Shown piece by piece: positions 1 to 13,138 of a DNA stretch of 64,000 nt; positions within the stretch are counted from its first letter, which is position 1; each line of letters starts with the position of its first letter. The DNA comes from Octopus vulgaris (Eukaryota). The stretch is taken from the NCBI GenBank assembly GCA_951406725.2, contig OX597824.1, forward strand, positions 75,888,001 to 75,952,000, given 5' to 3'. The translations under genes and the position numbers were made by a program. Under the pieces are notes generated by a model. The model was not told the DNA's origin. It did not search any database and worked only from the letters and a program-made list of their open reading frames with translations.

Positions 1-260
1 CGTTCTTATACGACTGTTATTCTGAAACTGAAATTTGAAGCACTGGAAGATCGTCGACATACTTCTGACCTCTCATTGTCACCTGTTTGATTGCATCGGT
101 GAAAGAAACCTTAAGAGACAACAGATTTGCGACGGGCCAAGAAGTGAAAGAAGGGGTGCATAAATGTGGCTCATGCCCCAAACTGGAAACATTATTTTTC
201 TTTGAAGGTTTAAAGCTTTAACAAAGTTGGAACAAACGGGGACTGTATTGAAAAATTACG
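1..260 (+). mobile_element. Decayed mariner transposase C-terminal fragment
   Basis: Frameshifted translation LKLKFEALEDRRHTSDLS..HLF..KETLRDNRFATGQEVKEGVH..W..FF.EG..GDCIEK follows the mariner C-terminus (HPPYSPDL..HLF..LK..LRG.RF...GDY.EK). Confidence 0.7.
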
Positions 261-374
261 GATACATAATACTTTTTTTGATTTCTATGTGCTTACACAT
301 TCTTATATAAAAACGTGTCTACAATGTATCTAATGCGCAAGTGCCCATGTTGGAAATCTAATGTATAACAGGAG

Positions 375-409
<35 letters not shown>

Positions 410-2983
410 GCGCACACACAGACACGTGCACTTGTAAGAATGTTACACATACAGATGTTCAATAAATTTATTACGACTATATCAGTTTCTTTTTGTGCAT
501 GCATGTCTGGACCCAAGTAAAGATGGAAAAGTGAATGTTAAAACGATGATCATGAATGATTTGTGTGTGTGTGTCTGTGTGCACGCGCCTCTGTGCATAG
601 CGTATATATGCACATACATACATACGTACATTTATGAAATTATAATAAAATAGTCTGTCTACCAGAGGTGATTGAATAAGAAGTGCAAGTGTGATGTCGA
701 ATCGGCAACTCTTTATTCTCACACCTTGCTGAATTCTCTTTCAAACACACACACACACACACCAGTGTTATCTAATGTATACCTAACACTGGCGGAAAGT
801 CAATACTCTGCTTTATTTTTCCACCTGGAAACATCAAATAAACGCGTTCCCTCCAGCAGCATCATCATTATCATCGATGTCGATGTGTGATTCTTTCAGT
901 TAGTTCGTTTATTGTGTTGCATTGCACAACTATTTTTAGTTTACGAATCGAATAAAGGTTATATGCAAAGGGTGTGTATATATATGCATGCATGAGTACA
1001 CACACAAACTCTACTATATAAGTAAGTGTAGGGTAGTTAAGAGTGAAACACATGTATCTGCATTTGTAGTAGTTAAATTTAACTCTTAGCTTAACCACCC
1101 CCGTCCGATTTTCGTTTTTGTTACTTTCTCTACGTTTCCTCCATATTTTTTTCTGCTCCAATTGCGCTTGCTTCGTGTTGTTTTTTGGTTGGCCTTTTTC
1201 TTTTATACCTGTTAAGTTAACCTCCCGCCTACCGCGTCAATCACAGAATACATACACACACACACACACACACACACATACATATTTATAGATACAGACA
1301 CATGTGAATACGTGAATCTCGATCGTTTTTTCCTATAATTTTACATAGCACCTTTCCTTTGGAAACCCTTTCAGTTTCACTCACAGACACACGGGGGTTT
1401 TCTTATAAAAGTATTGTTGATGTGAACGTAATTAGAAGGAACACAAATAAGGAAAGAAAAACAACCCACATAATCAGGTTTCAAAATTTTATTTCATTTG
1501 TTGTATATACTATTATTATTTTATTTGAAATTTTACAGTCAAATCGTTTTGCAAGTCAGTTTTACGCTGTGTGGCCTTAACCTCCATACCAAAGTCGCGC
1601 TGAACTCAATTTGGCCGTCTTATCGTTATAGACATTAGTAGCATTTCATACCTAGGGTTGAGGGTCGATAAATTTTATTGGCTTATGTACCCCTTTCTTT
1701 CTTTGTGCCTACGAGTATTGTTTTGTGTTCTTTTGTATTGATGTTTAATTTCCCATCAAGCACAATGTGATTAATTCCGACTTATTTATCGAATCGCTTT
1801 CCATGAAACTTTGTGTGTTTCATGTACATTTTAGTAGAATTTCAAATTTGTTTTACATGGAAAAAAAAAGGTTGACTCTTAACCGTTTTGTTAGCTGTCG
1901 ATTATCTACCTAGGAATGCTAATGATGTTTAATATATAATTAAACCATTATAATTCCATTATTCTTTCTCTCTCTCTCTCACACACGTGTTTGTTTACGA
2001 ACAAAAGTGAAGGGTGTGTGTACTCAATACATGATACAGAAGGCAGTTTGATTTTACTGTGTCGTTAAGTTCCGCGCCACGTGCATTCCAGATTCCGTCG
2101 AATTGAAGTGTGTGTGTAGGCATGTCTGTTTATATATATATATTTAAGTAGGTGAATGAATTATCCTATGTTTATCGTCAGCATGGAAAATTCGTTTAAC
2201 CGAAACCTGGGTCGCAAATTCACGTCAGAAAACACGGTTGAAGCGACCTGTCAAGGGTAGAAACTCCGGGTTCATGTGTAGAAATTTGTGTGTTGTATAT
2301 GAATAAATGTTCGACTCCATTCTTTCATTTATTTATATATATATATAATTATAGACTAGTGTGTGTGAAGTCACGGCTTACTCGACTAAAAATTAGTCTG
2401 TTATCCTTCAGTTCAATGTTAATTGCTATAATTTAACTTAAACTGGTCCTTCTTTTCAACTTACTTTCCTAAAAACTTCGTGAAAATTTTATTTATATAT
2501 TTATTTTTGAGGCTTTACGAATCTTTCTGCTCCAAGCTCCTTTCAACTTTTCTGTATTTAAAATGCTTATTTCTTCAACTGAAATTTTGCAGAATTACGT
2601 TTCCAGCAGTGTAGATTACGTAATGCTAAAGTTTCAAATATAATAAGTAGAAAGTGGAGGGAAAAAAAGGTGAAAATTTAAAGCTACAGAAATTCATGGT
2701 CATAAAAAAGTAGGTTATTATTTCTAAGAAGATTGATTCGAAACTCCCCTCCCGCCAAATATATATTTCTCTTTTTATATATTTTATCAGCGTAATAGTA
2801 ACCTACTCTCGAAAACATATCTGCTAAATATTAGAAAAAAATACGTCTTTATCTGAAAGTTAAGAGGGAACAACTTCGGGGGTTGTGGAGGCGGACACCA
2901 AACGTAGGGGCTCTCCACTCTCTGTGTCTGTCTGTCTGGCTATCACCGTGCACTCCGACGGAAATGTATTAGGTAGTAAATTA

Positions 2984-3501
2984 GGATCTTTTCGGTTTGA
3001 ACGGCAGTTTTTTTTCTAGCGGTGTCATATGAAATTGTCACCCATAATTATGACCCTAGTATCGATCTATTGCATTTCAATCTGTTTTAGGGTTAGGGTG
3101 GGGGGAAGGGTATCTTTTTTTTTTCTTCAGAAATGTAAATAAACCCAATCTGTTTCTTAAACGAGGGACATATTCATACAGCACATAATGTTTTTTTTAC
3201 CTCAATAGACGTCAGTGATTGGTTGAAATTGCAGAAATTGAAGAAAAAACAACAAATATCTTACGTATACTCTGTGTGTGTGTGCGTGTATATATATATA
3301 TATATATACACATAAAAGTAGATAAATGGTACAAGGCACATGGTCGAATATTATATTATACATATATATTATATAGCATTTTCTCAATAAAGCCAAGAGA
3401 AAAAGATGTTTTATAAACACATTCTACCAGTATACAAAGTTTAAAATTTTTTAGTTATCTAGAAATTATTCTAAAAACTACCGTTCAAACCGAAAAGATC
3501 C
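2984..3501. mobile_element. Non-autonomous TIR element (MITE), 518 bp
   Basis: About 29-bp TIRs GGATCTTTTCGGTTTGAACGGCAGTTTTT / AAAAACTACCGTTCAAACCGAAAAGATCC; possible degenerate 8-bp TSD gtaaatta/gtaaaaaa. Confidence 0.85.
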
Positions 3502-5429
3502 GTAAAAAAAAAAAAAAAAAAATCTGTACGTTACGGGAGAGTACATTTATGTAGGTATGTATGCCTAGACACACACACATCTAATCTAATATTTGTGTGG
3601 TACTGTAGTCATTCAGCATAATTTTTTTCTTGGTGTTTTCTTCTGTACGTATCGTTTCTTCATCTTCAGTGAAATCGATCTTTGTAACTTCATGGGTCAA
3701 TAAAGTAAAAGAAAAACAAAGCTAAATGAAATCAATTCAATCTACTTGTGCCTTTTCTCTCTCTGAGCTCTATCTCCCCCCTCGTATACTGAATTTTTGT
3801 GCCTAGACAGAATATTTTTAATATTAGTAATATTGCTGTTCGTTTAGTAAAATGAATAAGATATGAATCGGTGTTGAAACCTGCTTTTGGTCGACTTTTC
3901 TTCAATCTTTTTGTTGATTATGAAATGTCATGTACCAGTAATACACTTGGGTGTTCGATTCTGTCCATTTACGCACGCCTACGGCCTTGCAAATACCAAA
4001 CCTTGTGCTGTATTCGAATATACTACTACTACTGGTATGAGTTCTAATCGTTGAGAGTTCAATTCCATCGACAGTCGAATTTGATTTTCATTTCTTTTTG
4101 GGGGTTAGTGAAATATCAATCGAGTATAATATCCCATACAGTAAAGAAAAAAAGAATCTTTTTATAGGTTTCGTGTCTTTAATAAAAAAAAAAAAAATTA
4201 TGAATGGCTGTGCCCCAGCATGGCCACGACCTCTGGCTGGAACCGACAATACGATAATTGTTATTAATTAAGCGCTGGAATGATCGAGACGGAAATATAA
4301 TCTTGATTACCTCCCTTTAAGACCTGAGTTCAAATTTCGTTGAGGGTTAAATTTGGCTTTTCCAGCTTCGGTTCGATAAAAAAAGCACCTTTCTTGTATA
4401 TTGTCGTTTTTGGCACCGGATTTGCACTGATTAAACGGACTTGACAAAAGGCATTCACGCTGCCGTGGCCTCTGTGTATGTGTGACTCAGCTCTATGGCA
4501 TCATAGAACAAACGAACCCATCTCAGATATCTAAAGAAGTCATACGGAGCTGAGTCAAACTTATTAGATAATATGTTACTCTTACAAAATGCGTGGAGTG
4601 CCACTTTCTTTCGTTTGTTAGCTCACTCCTGTGTGTGTGTATAACACACACACACACTCATTCACTTGTATTTCATTATGCACTGTTTTTATTGAGTGTA
4701 GTGTGTTATTGGATGTTTGGCTGTTGTTTCTAGCCGGTTGATTAATGCCATGCGTTCAGGCACCATCTGTTTGTCATACTTTCGATAGATTACATGGGTG
4801 TCATGCTCAACCCGCTAGCATAATAGTTTGACCTTGCTTTAAATAAATTTAGGAGAAATTTATTTTTAGTAGCCGTCCGGTTGACTCTCTTTTATATCTC
4901 TGTCACTACTCTCTCACTTCCTTGTTCATGATTTTGTGGCCGTGTATCAATGTGACATTCACATTATTTGCTCCCAGTATATAATGGTAGAGACGGACAT
5001 TAGGTTGAATTCAGGTTGTTTCGTGACCATGTTTCAAGAATGGTTGTGGTGTTGATGTTAATGACAGAATCCATAAAACAAAAAAAAACGTTTATTATGA
5101 CCGTTGTGCTGGGGGTTCAAATACCGCTTTTGCTAGTTTTGATTTTTAACCCACTTTCCAGTAGTGTTTATATATCGATTCTGTTAGTTTTTTGTTTTTT
5201 TTAATACTCTGGTGTTTTATTCTATCTGTATTTTGCTGAATCGCTTTGGTAGGTTGACGTAAACAAACCTACACTGAATGCCAAGCCGTGGATGGGGTGT
5301 GGGGTGAACATGCCTGCACACATGCTCAAACACACGTATACGTCGGGCTCTAAGTGTTTGTCTACCTAAAACTATTCAGGATTTTAGTCGGCTCGGCGTT
5401 GCAGAGGGACTGTACACGCCCCCGCAAAC

Positions 5430-5900
5430 GTGTGTATGTGTATATAATATATATGTATGTGTACTGTGTGTATGTATATATATATATATATATACTCTGC
5501 GTAATATATATGTACAATATATTTTGTGTGTATGTATATATATATATATATATGTACAATATATTTTGTGTGTATGTATATATATATATATATATATATA
5601 TACTCTGCGTAATATATATGTACAATATATTTTGTGTGTATGTGTATATAATATATATATGTATGTATGTGTGTATACTCTGTGTGTGTGTGTGTATATA
5701 TATATACATATAAATGTAGATAAATGGTACAACAAGGCACATGGTCGAATATTATATTATACATATATATTATATATATATATTATATTATACATATATA
5801 TTACGCAGAGTATATATATATATATATACTCTGCGTAATATATATGTATAATATTCTGTGTGTGTGTGTGTATATATACATACATACACACACATGTGCA
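5430..5900. repeat. Compound AT-rich minisatellite/microsatellite
   Basis: Repeated unit tactctgcgtaatatatatgtacaatatattttgtgtgtatg separated by (TA)n; one inverted unit at about 5791-5812. Confidence 0.85.
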
Positions 5901-6002
5901 TACATACGCATGTATAAAAGCAAAAATTGACAGCTGCAGGTATGTTTCATAAGGCAAAGGGACATAACTGCTATCTAGGTGGCGAAGTGGAATCGTCTAC
6001 AA

Positions 6003-6155
6003 CAGTGGTTTACAACCTTTTCACTACCAAGCCCCCCTCCCCGTTTTGTAAATGAATTTTCCCACGAACCCCAATATCTTGAAAGGTCTGTCAGTGAATT
6101 TAGTTCAGGGAACCCCCCACTACTGCCTTTGTGAACAATATGTTGGGAACCACCG
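6003..6155. mobile_element. Short hAT/Charlie-like MITE
   Basis: Ends CAGTGGTTTACAAC and GTTGGGAACCACCG; weak 8-bp TSD gtctacaa/acctacat. Confidence 0.6.
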
Positions 6156-6595
6156 ACCTACATCTAAACGACTACAAAATCCTTTCAACTGTTTTCTCCA
6201 GTTCAGTGTTCAAGTCGTACTGAATTCAGTTTTGCCTTTTCATTCTTCCTGGGTCAAGAAATAGGCAACTCGGAAGGATTGCTCGAGCCATTCATTGAAC
6301 GACTTATTTATGCTTTTGAGTTTTAAACCTCGCCGTTGCCTATTTAATCCGTCGCACAGTTTAATACTTACTATCAGTTGGTCCTTGGATGCTATTGCTG
6401 GTGTCCGTTCTGCCAAATTAGGGACCAATTCTCTTATTTGAGGATAATCTTTTTTTCTTCCTAGGGTCTTCTTAACATCTTTCACGCTATGCCTGTATGT
6501 GTGTGAAATAACGTATGTATGAAGAAATAACCGGAGGAATTTTGGTTTTAAGTACTCTCAATTTGTATTTTATTTTTTGGAATTTTTCAGGAAAG

Positions 6596-6996
6596 TTTTG
6601 CGAATTTGTGTTCTACGCACGGGAATTCATACGATAATGCAAACAAATATAAAAGGAAAATTGTGGGTAATTTAAGGGCAATTTAGCTGTTGTTTTTACC
6701 ACATCCCGCGACCACCTTTTACCTTTCTCGTCGCTCTGACATGCATTGGTGTTTTTTTCAGTATTTTTCTCTTCATAAACACAGTTAATACTATAATGAT
6801 GCACCCAGGTGTAATTCATTGCTGGGATTTGAGCCCCAAAAAACCGTATTGTCCGTGTTTTATACTCTTAATTAATCGAAAAAGAGGAGAAATTTTAGGA
6901 TTTATCGGAATGAAGGAGAGGATTTAAAATAAATTGAAAACAATTGTTTTGCTTATTCGCATGAATCCCTGTGCATAGAAAAGAAAATTCGCAAAC
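6596..6996. repeat. Interspersed repeat with inverted ends; an inverted copy lies at 11631-11975
   Basis: 6655-6996 is a diverged reverse complement of 11631-11975; both ends carry gttttgcgaattt..ttcta.gc in inverted orientation. Confidence 0.8.
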
Positions 6997-8061
6997 ATTT
7001 TCTGAACATTCCACCAGAATTCTGCCGAAATAACTCCACAGAGTTTTTTGAACTGACACAGATGGTGGGTATCTGTTTGTGTCAGTTTTGTTTTTTTATG
7101 TCTTTCTATCAGTGGTCTGTATAATTGGTTTGTTCTTGTGTAGCTTGCATAGCCATTTTTAACTACTGAAAACTACCTCTGAGCATTTAACGAAGTTCAT
7201 CGCTGCTGATGCTTAGCCATACACATGCACGCACACACAGACACACACACAACACACGCCGCCACGCCATGGTCGAATGAATGTCATCGTGGTTATTAGT
7301 AAATATGGTCATTTCAAGCGATAGACTGATTTTGCTTCAGATTCGCCGACCTCTGTAAATATTTGCAGCCTTGTGTCGATCGTCGAAGTTAATCAAGTCG
7401 CGCCGTCCTTCGTGGTTTTGTGTTATGTTTGGTGGGGAAAACATTCACACGCGTATGCACACACACACACACACATACATGCATACACACATACATGCAT
7501 ACACACACACAAACACACACAATGTGTGCGTTTGTATGTAAACAATATGCACTCCCATTTTTTTGTTTTTCGCTTTCATTTACTGTGTCAAGAGGATTTT
7601 GCGGTTTTGGTGCTTGAGTCTAATATTTTTTTGTTATGGAAATAGGACTTCTGTATCTTCTATAAAAGTGCTTGTATTTTATGACAACGTTTCTGTGTGT
7701 TTATCCACACACGCACGCACATGTCAGTTTGTGTGGGTGTATATATATATATATATATATATAAGAAATACTGAATTTCTAAATCTCTCGTAGACACATG
7801 TACGGTGGTGGGGCGATAGATATATGTACACACATACATTTCAGTCATGCGGGTGCGGTCATGTTGGAGCATGCATTGTTTTCTTTTTTTCTTTTTTTGT
7901 AAATACAGTGATAAATCAGCGTAAAAGAAAATGCAAACACAGAAAAAAAAAAAGCAGATTAGGTGCCTTGTCCATTTGCAGCAGTTAAATAATTTACCAG
8001 CTAATCAGGAGCGACGGAGTGTGTGCGCTTGTGTATGTCTGTGTGTATGTGTGTCTCTCGC

Positions 8062-8101
<40 letters not shown>

Positions 8102-9594
8102 TACATACATACACACACATACGCACACAATCCCAATAGCTATGGAGGCAGAATTATTTCTCTTTCGGCTCTGCCATGTTTGACTGATTTGGCAGACGAA
8201 TAATAAAACACGTTTTCCTCCATGCCACATGTAAAGTAATCCACCTTCCTTTCTTTTCCCCCATTTTACTCCCATCCTCTTAACACTTTCCAAAACGTGC
8301 AAACATTTTATATCCATCAGGCACTCATATATATTACGTTCCAGCTCTTAATAATACCCAATATATATTTTAATTCGAGATGGTAGAAATAGGAACCAGA
8401 TCTCCCTCATTAACTATCCAACGTCCATAATGTCGGTTGGGGGCTGAACTTAGCTCACTTATTTCAAATTATAACGTTCATAACGGCTGGAAATGACCAA
8501 GAAATCCAGGAATAAGGTTTTCTTTTTGGTCATTTTCGACTTATCCTTAGGTTTTGGTGGACTTTCTCTTTATGCGCCCCCCTTTCAGCTCTCAGGAAAA
8601 ATAAAAGTGCAGTTTTGTTTTTTTATACATTTTTCTTTTTCTGCTGTACCTATACTTAATATGCAAAAAATAGTTTTACAAAAATTTAATCATTAAAAAA
8701 ATGCCTCGCTTCAATCCATTTCCGTGAAGTTTTTACTAATATATATATGTATATATATATAGGACACCTGGTTCGAAAGTCCAATTTCAGCTTTGATTAT
8801 GTAAGCTAAAATTACAAATTCGTATTATTTACGTATTTATTTCTCATTTTTGAACCATTAAAAATTCTTGCAAAGATTTTGACATGTAAATTGCTGATGG
8901 ACAAGAAGGATTTCGCGGAATGTAGGGCTTCCTAAGTCAAATTCAAGGTCTAAGTTTTTTGGTTTCAAAAAGAACCCAAATATTAGAATTAATTATTTTT
9001 TTTCAAACCATTAAAATGATCTAAAATATTTTGGCTTATGTTACAAATTGCTAATTGGGAATATTAAATAAAAACTTGCACATTAGAAAGGATTTGCGTT
9101 TAGGTTTCGTAATCTAAAGTCAACACAAGGCTGTGTGTGTGTTTATGTATATGATTATATTATTTCGATATTTTTTTTATTTTTCCTTATACTATGTCCT
9201 TAATGGATTTCTAATGCTGTGTCCCTTTAGGGCTGTTCTTCGTTCCATAATCGTCATTTTATTTTCCAGTAGTTTAATCTATCTCTTTTCTTTTCCGACA
9301 TTATGTCCATTTTCATTCCGTCGTTGGTGATTGACTTCATTCCGTAAATCCTCATCATTCCACTATTCTGTTTTTCCTTCATTCCATCGCAACACCCGCC
9401 TTCTACTTTTTCCTCTCCTTCCTTCTCCCCCTTCTGTCTAAACACTTCTCTCCTTCCACCCGCCTTCAGTTATTATATCTATAAAATGCGTGTGCGTGCA
9501 TGTGTGGTTTTGTGTTTATATGGGTCTTTAAAGTATATACATCTGTATGTGTATAATGAGTGTTTGTGTATATGTATATACATATGTGCATGCG

Positions 9595-9638
<44 letters not shown>

Positions 9639-10769
9639 GTGTGTGTGTATGTATGTATGTATATAGGTTAGTCTTGGTTAAAGGATTGTGAATGTTGAAA
9701 GAATGTTTAAGCAATTAGAGGACTTATATGCTCTAGACATGAGTATGGGGGGTGGGAGTGTCATGTGGATTTTGATTCTTATACCTTAATCCATACCTTT
9801 CTTGTATAATTTGTCAGAAATTTGGTTTGATTCCTGTCTTCTAAAATGAAATTCAGGAAAACGTAACTCGTGCTGGAAACGTTGTAAAAGTCGCATCAGA
9901 ATGAATTTTGTTTTATTGCCGAAAAGAAAACCTCTTTATTCCTCCACCTATTTTTGACAAGTTGCTTTGGTGTGTTTACTCTATCAGTTATCTATAAATC
10001 TGAAATGTCTCGTATGTAAAAGTGCAACAAAAACCATAAAGAAAAATAAGACACGTGATCATGAGGGGATACGTGAATTCTTAAAACTGAGAAATCACGT
10101 GGGAGTTATTGTTTCCAACAAGCACATGTGAAAAAAATTGTCTAATTCACACAATTAACATACCAAGAAAATAATGATTTGAATGTTAAATTAGAATATT
10201 TATTTGTAAAAATGCAAATCGTGGGAGATCAATGTCATTTGTGTTTTGTTTTTTTTCCGTATTTTGACACTTTACTTCAAAGATTATCTTTTTCCCCATT
10301 TTTTTTCTTCCCCCTCCAGCATCATTACGGGATCCATAGAGACATTGTTTATCAATCCTGGTCCTTCATCGCTAAAAAAAAAAAACAAACGGAAAGACTT
10401 AATAGTTTCACAATTCTGTCAGCATTGCTTTCAAATAATGGATCTCCGTCACTTTCGACGAGGAGTATTCAGCTGTTATTTTTGATCAGCTAAACCGCCT
10501 ATATATTCGTTAAGTAAACATGTCATGTGGCTAAATTCCCACTGACCACGTACACCAAGTTCTTGGGTAGAGTCAGCATCACTTGGTTAGTGTGACAAAG
10601 CTGGAGGAGTTCTGCATTGCAGGTAAAGCCCATCAGAGTGGTTTCTCAGCAGTTTCTCTGTTTGCTCAGTTCCACACACAATATTTGGGTCGACTTGAAA
10701 CTTTAAGAAATACTGCATGCCATTGAACTCGGGATCTTGTGATTGCAGAGCAGACTTCCTAGCCAGGAG

Positions 10770-11075
10770 CAGGCACGGCCCGTTGTGGTAAAAAGTTTGC
10801 TTTCCAACCACATGGTTCTGGTTTGAGTCACACTGCATGGCACCTTGAGCAAGTGTCTTCTGCTCTGGCCTTGGGCTGACCAAAGCCTTGTGAGTGGATT
10901 TGGTAGATAGAAACCGAAAGAAGCCTGTCATATAATGTGTTCAGTAAAAGAAACCAGTAGAGTAAGTACAAGGCTTTACAAAGAAAATAGTACTAGGGTT
11001 GATCTGTTGGACTAAAATGCTTCAAGGTGGTGCTGCAACGTGACTGCAGTCTGATGTCTGAGACAAGTGAAAGAT
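10770..11075 (+). mobile_element. tRNA-headed SINE family A, internally deleted copy
   Basis: Pol III A/B-box-like head, ccttgagcaagtgtcttc core, gccttgtgagtggatttggtaga, tail actgcagtc..gacaagtgaaaga. Confidence 0.8.
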
Positions 11076-11630
11076 TAAATATAAACAAAAGATTATATCT
11101 CACAGACACAAGGTGCCTATTTATGCCTATATCGACTGATGGGTGGGTAAGTCTTGTAGCCACCAACATAATGTGATGCTAGTAATAGGATATTAACTTA
11201 ATGGTATCCTATAAGCTTGGCCACTAATACCCTTCATTCTCCCCCCCCCCCCCGTTATTTAGCTGCATTGAAATGTCATCAACTTTCCACAGATCCTAGT
11301 TCTCTTCATCAGACATATAACCTACTTAGGACCTATTTTGGTTATCTCGCAGAATAATTTGATTGGATGTTTTTAAAATAAATAATTTGAATACTTTGAA
11401 GGTACAGTCCAGTTCTCTGATAGGGTGGCTTTTAAGTTAGTGTATAGCTTTTAAGTAACTGACCCGGAATGGGAAGGTCTGCAAACGGATCTCTGACTTG
11501 TTTTGGAGAATTTGTTGCAGTTGCTTCCTTCAGAGTTGTATACCAATGATAATTATATTCATCGCAAAAATTCATGTAAAAAAAAAAAATCGCCAAAAAC
11601 AGTAGCAGTAATGAAAACAGGAATCCCAAA

Positions 11631-11975
11631 GTTTTGCGAATTTTCTTTTCTATGCGCTGGGATTTATGCGAATAAGCAAAACAATTATTTTCAATTTTTT
11701 TTCTGAAATCCTCTCCTCCATTCTGATAAATCCAAAAACTTCCTCTCTTTTATTTTTTTAAGAGTTTAAAACATGAACAATGCGATTTTTTTTTTTTTTT
11801 TGCTCAAATCCCAGCAATGGATTAAACCTGGGTGCATCATCATACTATTAATGTGTTTATGAAGAGAAAAATACTGAAAAACACCAATACATGTCAAAGC
11901 GCTGAAAAAACGAGAAAGGTGTAAGGTGGTCGCGGGATGTGGTAAAAACAACAGCTAAATTGCCTTTAAATTACA
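11631..11975. repeat. Second, inverted copy of the 6596-6996 repeat
   Basis: Alignment by eye, e.g. ggtggtcgcgggatgtggtaaaaacaacagctaaattgcc versus ggcaatttagctgttgtttttaccacatcccgcgaccacc. Confidence 0.8.
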
Positions 11976-12295
11976 CACAATTTTCAAGGTTGCAGGTCCA
12001 GATTTGGCCTGGAATGTTTTAAATTTATGCACAGAGTTGGTTTTTAGATTACAAAAATTATCGTACAAAAAAATTTGTCGCAAAAAGTCATGTAAAAAAA
12101 ATTGCCCAAAACAGTTACAGTACTTAGGAATCCAAAATTTCAGGATTGTGGGTCTAGATTCGGTCCCAGAATGTTTTTAATTTACTGACAGAGTCAGCCT
12201 GATTCCAAAATTATTTGGTATGTTGGGCTATGGCCCCTAGGAGTAAAATTGAAAAAGTGTGACACACTGACATACATTTATTATATATTATATTA

Positions 12296-12510
12296 AGGCG
12301 ATGAGCTGGCAGAATCATTAGCATGCTGTGTGAAAAGCTTAAAGGTATTTCATCTGCTGTTAGGTTTTGAGTTCAAAATCTGCTGAGGTTGACTTTGCCT
12401 TTCATCCATTCGGGGTCGAAGTAATTAGTACCAGCTACATACTGTGGTTGATGTAATCGATTTAATCTCTTACCCCAAAATTCAAGGCCTTGTGCTTCCA
12501 GTAGAAAGGG
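12296..12510 (+). mobile_element. tRNA-headed SINE family B (Meta-domain-like body)
   Basis: aaggcgatgagctggcagaatcattagc head, gagttcaaa B box, gactttgcctttcatccattcggggtcga body; further copies near 17231, 20690, 49870, 57425, 61125, 63480. Confidence 0.8.
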
Positions 12511-12786
12511 TTTATTAAAGTCGGAAAAGTAACTCACTGACATCCACATTTATTATATTAGATATGTTTAATTTTGGGGAAGCTTAATTTCAATTAAAGT
12601 ATATTTTATATATGTGTATGTATGTATGTATGTATATATATGTATTAAAGAAGGCAAAAATAAAACAAAAATGATAGTGTACAGTATGATTGGTTCAGTA
12701 TGCAGTATGTTGGCCACAGGAATTCCTGTCAAAGAGACATGGTTAAAGAAAGTTGTACATCATCTCCCTCTTTCTCTCACATACCC

Positions 12787-12878
12787 ACTCTTTCTCTTAT
12801 TATTACTCCCACTGTCACTCTTTCTCTTATTATTACTCCCACTGTCACTCTTTCTCTTATTATTACTCCCACTACTAC
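12787..12878. repeat. 30-bp tandem repeat, about 3 copies
   Basis: Unit cactctttctcttattattactcccactgt. Confidence 0.9.
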
Positions 12879-13093
12879 TTTTAATAAAACATCAACTCTC
12901 CCTAAATTTCTTTGTCTCTTTCTCTCCCTCTCTTTTTCTTTCTTTCTCTGTCTTCACCACCACCCTCACCGTCTCTATGCCTACTATTACTCTCACCCCA
13001 GCACCAGGAATAGTAGAAGTGTCATTGGATAGTGAGAGAATAGGTCAAAGTATGACACACTGACACACAAATTAGTTTTTGCATTTATTATAT

Positions 13094-13138
<45 letters not shown>

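Noticed and set aside
5354-5957. Overlapping 100+ aa ORFs rich in Y/I/C/V/H/T (also at 36150-36712, 50947-51344, 54303-54832)
   Set aside because: Translations of (TA)n/(TG)n/(TATG)n microsatellites that happen to lack stop codons
7256-7280. Strong Kozak-like gccacgccATGG
   Set aside because: Followed by a stop after three codons (ATG GTC GAA TGA); at most a uORF, with no transcript evidence
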